A stretch of 64,000 bases of DNA from Thermodesulfobacteriota bacterium (GCA_034189385.1 JAXHVD010000002.1:128001-192000), one strand, 5' to 3'; shown: positions 30,581 to 41,425, numbered from the stretch's first letter. Notes: generated by a model not told the origin, from the letters alone. A program made the numbers and translations.

Positions 30581-31602
30581 TGTCTTTGTTATCTATGTGG
30601 TCCAGACTCTATTGGTCACCTCGGCGTTTCTCTTCAGGTTCTATTCGGAATGGTTTCTCTTGATGGCATATGTGTTCTTTTCAGTCACCATCCTTGCAGC
30701 CTTTTTTTGTGCAGAGAAGTCAGGATGGAAACTCCACCGTTACGACTTGCTGGATGTCGTTATCAAAGGAAAGCTGAGGGTCCTCAAGGAGAAGAGGTAT
30801 CTTATTAGAGTTTCCTATAAGATGGTAAAAATAGGGCTGCCTGTACTGCTCCTTTTCTCCTGTTTTCTTCCGGCAACCATGCCTAGAAATGTGGGTTTAT
30901 TGGCACCAGTACTAGTGTCATTACTAACTGTGCAGCGGAAAGCCTTTTACGTGCGACATTGAGTATTTTCGGAATCAGAGGTCAGCTGAGTGAAGCGCTA
31001 AGAATCATAAACTGTTTGAGGACGTTAGCCCGAGTTTTTATGATTCAGCGCAGCGAAGCTGACGTCCCGGAAATGCTCACGGAGCCCGGAAAATGGCTTG
31101 AAGGCGGCACTCTACTTCTTAAAGGGACTTCTGAGACGCGACACTAGGTTTTCTGGGTCTTATCGGCACGGTGTTGCTCGTGAAAAGGGAATGGGCTGGA
31201 GGGGCGTGTCGTCTGAGTGTATATCTCCTGGTCCCGTTTTTGATCTACTTGGACGAACGGTACGCTGCGGCCTGGATGGGTGCCCAGGCAACAATGGCCT
31301 ACAATCTTTCTTTTGGGGCCTTGGTTTTATTCGTGATCGTAACACTGAAGTACACAAGCCGAAAAAAGGGGTTCAAGACCACGCCAATGGACTTCCTGAT
31401 CCTGGCCATCGTGCTCATCGTTCCGAATTTGCCTGATCCTCAGATTCAAGCCTACGGCATGGGCCTGGTGGCCGCCAAGATTGTGGTGATCTTTTTCAGT
31501 TATGAGGTCCTCATGGGCGAGCTTCGGGGAGCATATGGGTCACTTAGCCTGACAACTCTGGCCTTCTTGGGAATAACAGGAGTAAGGGGTCTTATAGGTT
31601 GA
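30580..31602 (+). pseudogene. 3' portion of a WecA/MraY-like membrane glycosyltransferase, fused by deletion to epsI and interrupted by a MITE
   Basis: EAVFVIYVVQ...FKTTPMDFLIL...YEVL hydrophobic protein; removing the MITE restores one frame (APVL-GFLGLIGTVLLVK). The family call is by recognition only. Confidence 0.65.
30912..31147 (+). mobile_element. MITE family A inserted inside a CDS with a CTAG duplication
   Basis: CTAGTGTC...GACACTAG termini; precise excision restores the reading frame. Confidence 0.9.
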
Positions 31603-31840
31603 CGGCTCAAATTGGTTCCGCTAAGGTCATGATTTGACGGGCTCTTGGCTCAATGGCTTTTCGCTTATAAGGCGTTTCAGTTTGGCAAAGAGCCCGTTCA
31701 GAGCCTCAAGAGCGTTCCGACAGGGGCCGTCCCACGGTCTCCGTGGGCAAGAGGCGTGATGGGCTGCCCACGATGCCCACAATAAAAGATCAAGGAAGGG
31801 ATGTAAAGATCTCAACATGAGTCAAGAGATAGGGGGAAAA

Positions 31841-34240
31841 ATGAAGCTAGACTTTAAAAGATGTATTCGAATGATCTGTGTGGGGATTACTGCCATGGCC
31901 CTAGTGTCCTGCGGGGGGGCCGAGGAGAAAAGGGCCAAGTTTTACGAGAAAGGAAAGGTCCTGTATGAAAAGGGCGAGTATACCAAGGCGGGCCTTGAGT
32001 TCAAGAACGCCCTTCAGATCGATCCCAAGTTTGCAGAGGGCTATTACATGCTCGGCATGGTGGAACTTCAGGCCAAGGAGCTGAAGAAGGCCTTTGGGGC
32101 CTTGTCCAAGGCCGTAGAACTGGACCCGGACCTCCTGGATGCCCATGTGCAGCTTGGCAGGATTTTTCTTGTGGCCCAAGACAGGGATAAGGCCTTGGAG
32201 AAGGCGACGCTTGTCCTGTCCAAAGACCCGGAGCATGAAGATGGCCTGCTCTTAAAGGCAGCATGGTTGGCGGCAGACCAAAAAGGGGAAGAAGCAATAC
32301 CTATCTTGGAATCCGTCATTGAGAAGAATCCGAAAAAGGCCGATTCCTACCTCTTGCTCTCAAGGATCAGGCTGGGGAAAGACGATCTGGACGGGGCAGT
32401 TGAGACGTTGAAGGATCTTCTGAACTACGATGACAGGCATACGGCTGCGCGCCTGATCCTCGTAGACATTTTAGAGAAAAAGAGGAATTTCATAGAGGCG
32501 GAAAGAGAGTACAAGACCCTCATTGATCAGAATCCAGACAACGATAGTCTAAAACTGCTCCTGGCAAACTTTTATGATCGTACGGACAGAAGCATGGAGG
32601 CAGAGGGGATCCTAAAGGACTTCATCTCTGCTGACCCTGAAGACCAAAACCTTCGTCTGGGCCTGGCCCGTTTCTACGCCAAGAAGGAACGCCACGATGC
32701 TATGGTCGAGGTGCTCAAGCAAGCGGTGAAGGACCTTCCAGAGCAATATGGAGCCTATGAAGTGCTGGCCGGATACTACTTGGGGCAGAAAGAGACCGAC
32801 AAGGCCACGAGCCTGCTGGACCAATTCATGGAACGGGTGGGGGAAGGTCCGAATTATCTGAAGGCCAAGCTTTTCAAGGCAACGGTTTGCTTTCGGCAGG
32901 AAGAGACGGCAGAGGGGCTCCGTTTGGTGGACGAGATATTAGAGGACAATCCCAAGGACGTGAGGGCCCATGCCTTAAAGGGAGACATACTGGCCACGCA
33001 AAAAGACTTTGACGGCGCTATTGCTGAATACAGGGCCGTTCTTCACGAGGAGCCGGAAAATACGGCAGTATTGCTGAGCCTTGCAAAGGCCCATCTTTTT
33101 AACAATGAACCGGCCCTTGCAGAAGACAGCTACAAGAAGATCGTGGAGATAGACCCCAATATGATAGGGGCCCGATTCCGTTTGGCAGAGATCTATAAAC
33201 GAAAGGGCAATGTGGACGCTGCAAAGGAAGAGATGAATAAGGTCTTGGATGTTGCGCCAGACAATAGAGAGGCCTTGTCGTCTCTCGGAGATATTGCCCT
33301 TTTCGGCAAGGATCACGATGGCGCAAAGAAGTATTTCGGCCGCCTCCTGGAACTTGAACCGGCCGCTCCCCTGGTCCTTCATAGAAATGGTCTTGTAAAA
33401 TTGATGGAGAACAATGCCAAAGAAGCCTCTTCGCTCTTTGAAAGGGCCCTGGCAATAGATCCTGATTTCGTGCCTGCCTTAAACGATTTGTTGGGCCTCC
33501 TTGTGCGGGAGAAGAACCTGGAAGGGGCTATTGAAAGGTGCCGGGAGCAAATTCAAAAGAGCCCGCAAAATGCCCAGTACTACATTTCCTTGGGCAGACT
33601 CCATGCGACAGCCAAGGATGTTGATGGGGCCCGGCGGGATTTTGAGAAGGCCCTTGAGGTGAATCCCGACAGCCAAGAGGCCTTGTTCCACTTGGCCAGA
33701 CTGGAGCAATCTGTTGGTTCCGTTGACGAGGCCCTCAAGAAATATCAGGAGATTAGGGAGAAAAGGCCCGACAATCTGGGCATTGCCGTGCTCATCGCAA
33801 CGCTGTTGGATCAACAGGGGAAATACGGACAAGCCAGGGCCATCTATGAAGAGGTGCTGGAGAAAAGGCCCGATCTGTCAGTAGCGGCAAACAACCTGGC
33901 CTTTTCCTACGCAGAGTATGATCCAACGGAAGAAAACCTTGCCAAGGCAGAGAAACTCATCGCACCTTTGGTCCAAGAGGACAAGGATGCCCATAATGTG
34001 GTGGACACGGCGGCCTGGGTCTACTTTCGTCAGGGCAAACTTGAAAAGGCAAGGGATCTGCTCCTTGGGGTAGAGGAAAAGGCCAGGAGCGTTCCTGTGA
34101 TCAGCTATCACTTGGGCATGATCTATCATGGCCTGGGAGAAGATGGAAAGGCCCGTGAATACCTGCAATTGGCCCTGGACAGCGAGGAGGAATTTCTGGG
34201 CAGGGCCGTGGCGGAGAAGACGCTCAAAGAGTTGAAGTAG
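31841..34240 (+). CDS. TPR-repeat lipoprotein (PEP-CTERM/exosortase system PrsT-like)
   Basis: LVSC lipobox, EFKNALQIDP, many TPRs, AANNLA...DTAAWVY...YHLGM. Confidence 0.85.
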   Translation: MKLDFKRCIRMICVGITAMALVSCGGAEEKRAKFYEKGKVLYEKGEYTKAGLEFKNALQIDPKFAEGYYMLGMVELQAKELKKAFGALSKAVELDPDLLDAHVQLGRIFLVAQDRDKALEKATLVLSKDPEHEDGLLLKAAWLAADQKGEEAIPILESVIEKNPKKADSYLLLSRIRLGKDDLDGAVETLKDLLNYDDRHTAARLILVDILEKKRNFIEAEREYKTLIDQNPDNDSLKLLLANFYDRTDRSMEAEGILKDFISADPEDQNLRLGLARFYAKKERHDAMVEVLKQAVKDLPEQYGAYEVLAGYYLGQKETDKATSLLDQFMERVGEGPNYLKAKLFKATVCFRQEETAEGLRLVDEILEDNPKDVRAHALKGDILATQKDFDGAIAEYRAVLHEEPENTAVLLSLAKAHLFNNEPALAEDSYKKIVEIDPNMIGARFRLAEIYKRKGNVDAAKEEMNKVLDVAPDNREALSSLGDIALFGKDHDGAKKYFGRLLELEPAAPLVLHRNGLVKLMENNAKEASSLFERALAIDPDFVPALNDLLGLLVREKNLEGAIERCREQIQKSPQNAQYYISLGRLHATAKDVDGARRDFEKALEVNPDSQEALFHLARLEQSVGSVDEALKKYQEIREKRPDNLGIAVLIATLLDQQGKYGQARAIYEEVLEKRPDLSVAANNLAFSYAEYDPTEENLAKAEKLIAPLVQEDKDAHNVVDTAAWVYFRQGKLEKARDLLLGVEEKARSVPVISYHLGMIYHGLGEDGKAREYLQLALDSEEEFLGRAVAEKTLKELK

Positions 34241-34294
34241 GGATTGGGAAAAACCATAGATACCTGTCCCTAGCAACGACAGGGTGACAACAAG

Positions 34295-34324
34295 AAGCCT
34301 CCATCTGTGATGGGGGCTTTTTTT
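34295..34324 (+). terminator. Intrinsic terminator
   Basis: aagcctccatc-tgt-gatgggggctt followed by TTTTT. Confidence 0.8.
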
Positions 34325-34533
34325 GTGCCACCGTTCATGGCTGTCCAAGTGCAGCCGCCGTCAGTTTAGACGTAAGTTTCTGATAAAATTATATTTTCGT
34401 CTCATTAAAGGCTGACGTGCTTCTTAGATGGATGGTGTGCAAGCGTCTTTCAGAAACAGGTGACGCTGTTATCCTCAGGATCATCGCAACGCTTTCGGAG
34501 ATGACCTCTCACAGGAACACGTTGCCTAAAAAG

Positions 34534-35856
34534 CTACCGTCCCACAAGGGCCTGTGAGATAAGTCCGCTGGCGTCAAAAATAGACCTGCAGGCCGTGCCC
34601 GTGCTGTTGAAGAAGAAGGCATCGTCTTGCGTGTGCATGCCTACAAGGTTTGTGCGTCCAAAGACGTTGTCAGAGGCCACCTTGCCTTTCAGATCATATC
34701 CGTGATGGGCCAGCACGATGACGTCCGGGCCCAGTGCCTTATGGGGCCCGCTGTAAAGCTCTTCTTTAAAGTATATCTTCTGGGCCACCTTGTTACCGTC
34801 ATCAAAGGTCAGCTCTTCGAGGCCTTCCTTTAACTCTTTACACACCCGCTCAGCGTCGGAGGCCTCTACGGTCCCCAAGGGATATTTCCCTTTCAGATTC
34901 ACGTAAATCCGGGAAGGGTCCATGGCAAAGGCCGTTGATCCGGGGCCGATATCCATGACAGTCTGGGGTTGTTCTTTTGCGAACTTCAGGTATCCGTTTT
35001 CCTCGAGCCAGCGATTCAGATAGACCTCGGTCTTGATCTTTGTAAACCCGTGGTCCGATAGCATGTAGAACTGGTTTCTTCCGTCCTTTGAACCCTCCAA
35101 CCCCAGGAACTGATCGTAGACGCGGCCCACAAAGGCATCCACCTTGTTATAATAATCCAAAAACGCTTGATGGTAGGGATGGCCTTCTTTTTCAAAGGCA
35201 TCCCAGAGAAAATGCATCAAACGGTCGGTGCCGGTGACTACGACAATAAAGAGATCCCAGTCGATCTCGTCCCAGAGAAAGTCGGTGGCCCGTTGGCGGC
35301 TTTCAAGGGTTGCGTCCAGGTCACGGATCAAGAAGTCATGGTCTTGGCGGGCCCGCGTGGTGTCCACGTCAATGCGATAATCCCTTTCATTTAAGGCAGG
35401 AATAAGGGACGGCGGATACACGGCCTTGTTGATGTCAATGGCCACAAAACCTGATATGAGCGCGCCATTGATCTCACGGGCAGGGTAGGTGGCCGGCATA
35501 TTGATCACCACGCTTTTCATGCCCCGGGTACCTAGCTCCTCCCACAGGGGAGGGGCCTTGAGATGCATGTAATTGGGGAAATACATCTTATAGGTTCCGG
35601 GTTGGAAGTCCATAAACCCGAAGATCCCGTGCTCGCCGGACTGGGTGCCGGTCATAAAGGACGACCAGGATACTGACGAGATCTCTGGGATGCACACACT
35701 CATTTGGCCAAAGTAGCCTGTCTCAAAGATCGCTGCCATGTTGGGAATGTGGCCTCCACGCTTCAACGCTTCCAACAGGGTGTACGGGACGCCATCTAGG
35801 CCCACGACAACCACTCGTGGTCTTTCTCTTTTTCCGAATTTGTCCAACAAACCCAT
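34534..35856 (-). CDS. Type I phosphodiesterase/nucleotide pyrophosphatase (AlkP superfamily)
   Basis: GLDGVP, SSVSWSSFMTG, HGIFGF, DRLMH, SDHGF, GMH. Confidence 0.88.
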   Translation of the reverse strand: MGLLDKFGKRERPRVVVVGLDGVPYTLLEALKRGGHIPNMAAIFETGYFGQMSVCIPEISSVSWSSFMTGTQSGEHGIFGFMDFQPGTYKMYFPNYMHLKAPPLWEELGTRGMKSVVINMPATYPAREINGALISGFVAIDINKAVYPPSLIPALNERDYRIDVDTTRARQDHDFLIRDLDATLESRQRATDFLWDEIDWDLFIVVVTGTDRLMHFLWDAFEKEGHPYHQAFLDYYNKVDAFVGRVYDQFLGLEGSKDGRNQFYMLSDHGFTKIKTEVYLNRWLEENGYLKFAKEQPQTVMDIGPGSTAFAMDPSRIYVNLKGKYPLGTVEASDAERVCKELKEGLEELTFDDGNKVAQKIYFKEELYSGPHKALGPDVIVLAHHGYDLKGKVASDNVFGRTNLVGMHTQDDAFFFNSTGTACRSIFDASGLISQALVGR

Positions 35857-35910
35857 GTCTCACTCCTTTATATGAATATGAAAAATCTGATCCTTATCCT
35901 CTCTGGGGCT

Positions 35911-36735
35911 TCACATGTAGCCCAAGGTGCGCAACTGTGCCATGATCTCTTCCTTTTCCTGACCACGGCCGGCACGTTCAGGGGTATTGTCCAGGTCTTG
36001 CTCCCAAGCCGGGATATCTGACGTCTTTATGGTGGAACCCTTGGCACCCAGTGATCGATAACCCTGGTAATAGAGTGAACAGAAGGGGATGTGATATTGG
36101 TGAATAGTATCCCAAATATCGCGCTCCCTAAAATGCAGGATCGGTTGCACCCTCATATGGTCCGGATTGGATCTTGGGCTGAAATAGTCTTCCGTCACCC
36201 TGGCTTCCTGTTCGTCCCAGCGGATGGCCGTGGAAAGGGCCTTGATCCCGGTTTTTTCCATGAACACGTTCATGGCCACCGTTTTCATCAGGTGATTTCC
36301 AATATAGGATTCAGGCTCAAAGGGGAACGACTCTTCAGTAACCCCCAGGGTTGCAATCTCCTGTCGGTTTCTTTCATTCAGATCGGCCACTCGAATGAGG
36401 TCGCCCACCTGCTGGGCCTTTTCGCTGACATCGGTGTTCTTGACAACGGCCACCTCCACGTTCCATTCGGTTTTTACGCGGTCCACCAACTCAAGTATCT
36501 CCTCGAACACCTGTCCCTCGTCGATAAACATGGCCTTTGGCATGGGCTGCCCCATATCCTTGCAAGCTTCCCGGTAAAGCCACTGCATGGTCGTACTGTC
36601 TTTGCCTCCCGTCCAGGCCGTAAAGAGCCCGTCACCGGGGAATCTCTTCAGGGCTTCTTTTATGATTTCCTTTGATTGTTCTATCTTCTCTTCCAGTGTG
36701 AGGTTCATCAATCGTTCCTGGTCTTGTTGATCCAT
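35911..36735 (-). CDS. PAPS reductase/CysD family adenine nucleotide alpha-hydrolase
   Basis: TGGKDS PP-loop, IRWDE, PILHF, GYRSLG, ERAGR; AAGGAGG RBS before 36735. Confidence 0.85.
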   Translation of the reverse strand: MDQQDQERLMNLTLEEKIEQSKEIIKEALKRFPGDGLFTAWTGGKDSTTMQWLYREACKDMGQPMPKAMFIDEGQVFEEILELVDRVKTEWNVEVAVVKNTDVSEKAQQVGDLIRVADLNERNRQEIATLGVTEESFPFEPESYIGNHLMKTVAMNVFMEKTGIKALSTAIRWDEQEARVTEDYFSPRSNPDHMRVQPILHFRERDIWDTIHQYHIPFCSLYYQGYRSLGAKGSTIKTSDIPAWEQDLDNTPERAGRGQEKEEIMAQLRTLGYM

Positions 36736-37027
36736 AAGTCCTCCTTTAATGTCCTGGCTGGAACCGGCATCTGGACGAAACTGCAAGGGCATTATTGTTG
36801 GTCCAGAGCCACAGTCTCCCCATATGACAGTGTGGCGGTCTGTTGGGGCTGTCACGATTCCTTTTAGAGGGGTGACAGGTCGTTTTATATCAACGGACCG
36901 CAAAGAGGTCAATAAGGCGGTCGAGATCTAAAGAAACAATCCATAGGGGCTTGAAAGGCCCTTCATGATCGCCCTTTCCAAGGACCATTCTCCTTTATTT
37001 TTCTGAATCATCAAGGGCTTACTTTCA

Positions 37028-37480
37028 CAAGTTAGCGTCTCACGGCTTGAACCGAATAAGCGAGCGCATTCTCCACAGGAGAGCTACCGCAGCCCCCGTA
37101 GGTTCTGCCTAACGGCAGTGGTTCTTCCCGTTGGCAGTGCTGGCGCGGCGCAGGTCACGGGGAGGGTTCAAAAGAGGAGCACCCTTATCAACCGTTAGAA
37201 ATAACAGCTAAAAGTGTGCTGAGGTTGCTAGAAAACGGAAGAACCCTGGTTTGAACCTTTCTGATGCAAGGGAGCCTCGGGAGTAGGAAATCCTCTTCTC
37301 TTCGGCCTCCAATGCCTTTAGTAGCTGTGCGAAGATTCTGGGTTGCAATGGCTGTAGGCCTTCGTTCAGCGAATTTCCCACCCCCTCTCTTGCCAAATCC
37401 GGGGGGTACAAGTCTTGACAGACCTACTCTTAGTGGAAGCGGGGGGTGCACCTCTTCTCAAGCCGTGAGGCGCCAACTTG
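37028..37480. mobile_element. MITE family B, complete copy with 23-bp terminal inverted repeats
   Basis: caagttagcgtctcacggcttga (37028-37050) versus tcaagccgtgaggcgccaacttg (37458-37480), 2 mismatches; second copy at 62921. Confidence 0.8.
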
Positions 37481-37560
37481 AGTTCCTTTCAAAGCAAACG
37501 CCACGGAAAAGTCGATTTTTGGACCATGTTTCAATATACATGGATAATGAGCCGGTCTGT

Positions 37561-37590
37561 TTGACAAATGTGGGTGGGGCAGAGTATAAT
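37561..37590 (+). promoter_or_regulatory. Consensus sigma70 promoter upstream of the first sensor kinase
   Basis: TTGACA-N18-TATAAT. Confidence 0.7.
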
Positions 37591-37784
37591 TTTGGTCAAC
37601 CAACGTATACTCAAGGGCGCCTGGACTGTGGGATGGGACCAGGGCCCTTTGCCAACTTTGGCATGTGTCATGGAGGGGGACGAAGCCCACCAGAATCTGC
37701 CCTCCGCAGCCATAAATTTCGTATGAATGTAAGTGGGTTGTCACCTTATCAGAGAGACTTTTTTCATGAACGAGGGACCCTCCC

Positions 37785-40307
37785 ATGAAGAAAGAATCAG
37801 GCTATGAGGCGCTGAAAGGCAGGAACGGGACGCCGCAAAGGGGTGCCCTTGAGGGCAAGAAGGGGCCAGAAGCCATGATTAGGCAGGACGTTGTGCTGGA
37901 AATATTGAAGGCACTGCCAGGCACACTCAATGCCGTGGACAAAGATTATAATATTCTTATGGTCGGAGGTGAGATCGCACGTACATTTCAAGGAATAGAC
38001 CAGGTCATCGGGAAGAAATGCTACTCCGTTTTCCAGAACGCAGAGAGTCCCTGTCCTTGGTGCAAGATTGACAAAGTGCTCCAAGAAGGTGCCATCATAA
38101 ATGAAATAACGACTCCTGATGACCCCAGGGAAGTATTGATAAAAGCGCCGTTGCATATTTGCCTACGCCCCCTGAAGGATAGGGATGGCAATATCATAGG
38201 AGCCTTAGAGCTTGGTACGGACATTACCGAGATAAGAGAAGCCAATAAAAAGTACCAGCGTCTCCAGGATAAGCTCAAGAAAAGTGTGGAGAGGTATCGC
38301 CGAATGTTCGAGAACATACAAGATGTGTATTACGAAGTGACCATGGATGGCACCATTTTGGAGCTCAGTCCCTCCATTGAGGACGTGCTCCAATACAAGA
38401 GAGAAGAGCTGATTGGCAAATCAACATACGATACCTACGCAGATCCGAGAGAGAGAGACGAATTGGTAAATGCCCTTAGAAAGAGTGGCACGCTCAGGGA
38501 CTACGAGATTGTTCTTAAGAATAGAGACGGCTCCCAGGTGTCTTGTTCGGTCTCCGTGCAGTTAGTCACCGATGACGAAGACCATTCGGAAAAGATCGTG
38601 GGTTCGTTGCGCAATGTGACGCAACGCAAGAGGGTGGAAGGGGAGCTATCGGATATTGCGGTCAAACAAGCGGCTATCATGGCCTCCTTTCCAGGGGTCG
38701 TAGACGTGGTCGATAGGGAGCTGAACGTCTTATGGGCAAACGAGACTGCGAGGGAGTTTGCACAAGGGGACCCCTTGGGGGAGAAATGCTATAAGGTATA
38801 TAGAGGAAGAGATAAACCCTGCGAGGACTGTCAGATTCTTGAGACATTCAAAACAGGGAAGCCAGCCCAGAGGGAGCAGAAAATAAGGCTTGCCAATGGG
38901 ACAACAGAATATTTTGATATCAAGACCAGTGTAGTGAAAAGTGATAAAGACGGCAATCCGACTCAGGTCCTGGAATGTGCTACCAACATTACTGAGCGCA
39001 AGCGAGCAGAAAAGGCGCTGCAGAAGGCTCACGAAGAGTTGGAAAGGCAGGTGGAGAGAAGGACGGCGGAACTGGTCAAAGCCAACAAAAAATTGAAGCA
39101 TGAGATAGAGGCGGGGCAGCGGCGAGATGCGGCGTTGCGGGAGAGTACTCACCGGTTGCAACTTGTTTATGAGCAATCCCTTGCCTATGCACAAGAGCTC
39201 AGGCAAGGAATCGTTGACCGTGAGAGGGTAGAGAAAGCGCTGCGGGAGTCTGAAGCAAGATTGCAGTTAATACTCCAGACCATACCAACTGGTTTGTTTA
39301 TGGTCGATTTAGATAGACAGATCACTTACTGGAACAAAGAAGCGGAGAAGATTACGGGACTGCGGGCGGAAGATGCCGTTGGAAAGCAGTGCCTTGAAGC
39401 CTTTGATTGTGCGGACTGTAGGCAAGGATGCCCTCTTTTTGATGCCGAAGCGGGCGAGCCATTGCAGGAAGAGTCTACGATCTATGTGGGCGGCAAGAAA
39501 ATCCTAATTTCGAGATATGGACACCTTCTCAAGAATGTGTCAGGGCGCGCCGTTGGTGGTGTGCAAACTTTCATTGAGATCACCGAGCGCAAGCGCGCTG
39601 AGCAGGCCCTTGTTACCTCCCATGACAAACTCCAGTCTCTGGCATCGGAATTGTCCCTGGCCGAAGAGCGGGAACGGCGCCGTGTTGCCAGCGAAGTGCA
39701 CGACTGTTGTAGTCAGAACTTGGCTTTTGTCAAGTTAAGATTGGGAGCCTTGAGAGCATCGACTGCCTCCAGTGATCTTGCCGCAGCCTTGGAAGAAATC
39801 CTGGAACTGGTTGATGAGAGCATCGAAAACACACGATCCTTGATTTCTGAACTTGGTTCTCCAATTCTCTACGAATTGGGATTTGTGCCAGCAGTGGAAT
39901 GGCTCTGCCAACAGACTCAGAAGCGGCACGGCATCGTGGTAGACTTTGAGGATGACGGCCAGGCCAAGCCGCTAAGTGATGATGTCCGAGTGCTCTTATT
40001 TCAGGCCGTGCGCGAGGTGTTGATCAACATTGTCAAGCACGCCGAAACGCAGATTGCTAGGGTGTCTATTGCCAGAGTTGACGATCAGGTGCGAGTTGAA
40101 GTGCAAGATGATGGGGTTGGATTCGAGAGCACTGAAATTGGCCCCAGTCTGGACACAACAGGGAGGTTTGGTCTATTCAGCATCCGGATGCGATTGGAGC
40201 CACTGGGCGGACAGATGGTGGTGGATTCTAAACCTGACCGCGGCACTCAGGTCACTTTAAGGGCTCCGCTGGAGCACGTCGGGGGCAAGGAGGGAAGGGT
40301 GCCATGA
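37785..40307 (+). CDS. Cytoplasmic multi-PAS sensor histidine kinase (HisKA_3, NarX/NreB-like)
   Basis: Four PAS/PAC domains, ERERRRVASEVHD H-box, NIVKHA, DDGVGF, FGL..I..R; no TM. Confidence 0.9.
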   Translation: MKKESGYEALKGRNGTPQRGALEGKKGPEAMIRQDVVLEILKALPGTLNAVDKDYNILMVGGEIARTFQGIDQVIGKKCYSVFQNAESPCPWCKIDKVLQEGAIINEITTPDDPREVLIKAPLHICLRPLKDRDGNIIGALELGTDITEIREANKKYQRLQDKLKKSVERYRRMFENIQDVYYEVTMDGTILELSPSIEDVLQYKREELIGKSTYDTYADPRERDELVNALRKSGTLRDYEIVLKNRDGSQVSCSVSVQLVTDDEDHSEKIVGSLRNVTQRKRVEGELSDIAVKQAAIMASFPGVVDVVDRELNVLWANETAREFAQGDPLGEKCYKVYRGRDKPCEDCQILETFKTGKPAQREQKIRLANGTTEYFDIKTSVVKSDKDGNPTQVLECATNITERKRAEKALQKAHEELERQVERRTAELVKANKKLKHEIEAGQRRDAALRESTHRLQLVYEQSLAYAQELRQGIVDRERVEKALRESEARLQLILQTIPTGLFMVDLDRQITYWNKEAEKITGLRAEDAVGKQCLEAFDCADCRQGCPLFDAEAGEPLQEESTIYVGGKKILISRYGHLLKNVSGRAVGGVQTFIEITERKRAEQALVTSHDKLQSLASELSLAEERERRRVASEVHDCCSQNLAFVKLRLGALRASTASSDLAAALEEILELVDESIENTRSLISELGSPILYELGFVPAVEWLCQQTQKRHGIVVDFEDDGQAKPLSDDVRVLLFQAVREVLINIVKHAETQIARVSIARVDDQVRVEVQDDGVGFESTEIGPSLDTTGRFGLFSIRMRLEPLGGQMVVDSKPDRGTQVTLRAPLEHVGGKEGRVP

Positions 40308-40957
40308 GCATAAGAGTTCTGCTAGCCGACGACCACAGGATCATGCGGTCAGGCCTCCGCTCCTTGCTTGAAAAGGAGTCCGACATGGAAGTTGTTGGAG
40401 AGGCAGACAACGGCCGAAGGACGGTGCAATTGGCCCGGGAGCTCTCTCCGGACGTGGTGATCATGGATATCAGTATGCCCGATTTGAACGGCATTGAGGC
40501 AAGTCGTCAGATTGTTTCCGAAGTGCCTGACGTGAAGGTGGTGGCCCTGTCCATGCATTCGGACGAGCAATTTGTTGGGCAAATGCTCGATAGCGGTGCA
40601 ACTGGCTATCTGCTGAAGGACTGTGCCCTTGAGGAATTGTGTCGCGCCATCCGCGTGGTGGTTGCGAACAAGAGCTATCTGAGCCCCGGGATAGCAGATA
40701 TCGTGGTGAAGACCTACCGGCGTGAATTGTCAAGAGCCGAGCCTGCAGGTCCCCGGGAGCTGACGCCTAGGGAACGGGAGGTCCTTCAGCTTGTGGCCGA
40801 AGGCAATAGCTCCAAGAAGATCGCCTCCCGTCTCCATGTGAGCATGAAGACGGTAGAGGCCCATCGCCACCAGATTATGGATAAGTTGGATATTCGCAGT
40901 GTAGCCGAGCTTACCAAGTATGCCATTCGCAAAGGAATCACCTCCCTGGAAACGTGA
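40304..40957 (+). CDS. NarL/FixJ family response regulator (copy 1)
   Basis: LADDH, MDISMP, LuxR HTH LTPREREVLQL. Confidence 0.95.
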   Translation: MSIRVLLADDHRIMRSGLRSLLEKESDMEVVGEADNGRRTVQLARELSPDVVIMDISMPDLNGIEASRQIVSEVPDVKVVALSMHSDEQFVGQMLDSGATGYLLKDCALEELCRAIRVVVANKSYLSPGIADIVVKTYRRELSRAEPAGPRELTPREREVLQLVAEGNSSKKIASRLHVSMKTVEAHRHQIMDKLDIRSVAELTKYAIRKGITSLET

Positions 40958-41117
40958 CCATAGAGTAGCGAACATAGAAAAATAAGGGATGCCGGTGAAA
41001 AGTGGAACCGAACCCGAACCGATATTCAAAGATTCGCTGGACAGTAGAAACCTCCTTGATCGTTCAGGCAATATTTTGACCAGATCATCAACGTCCCGTT
41101 CTTACCCTTTCTACATA

Positions 41118-41425
41118 CTAATGAGATCATTGACATTTAGACATAAGGTCACCGCCCGCTCCCCTTCGACATTGCTACATTCGGCCTGAGCTCATGTCGA
41201 AGGCAGAGTCGCTTGAGACGGAAAGGACACAAGGTTGATTAGCTCATTAGCTCACCAGCTTAATAGCCTGTTAACAGCGGAAAACATAAAGAAAAATAGA
41301 CTCTGCGCTCTTGGCCTTTCGGCTCTGAGCGGCTCGACTTGAGCTCGCCGACAAGTCTCAAGGCCGAGGGGCGCCTTTGCGGTGAATCTTTGTTTCTAAA
41401 ACTAAGAGGCTATATCTAAATACTT
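41118..41425 (+). repeat. Repeat family C (MITE-like)
   Basis: First about 100 nt near-identical to 23136-23240. Confidence 0.75.
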
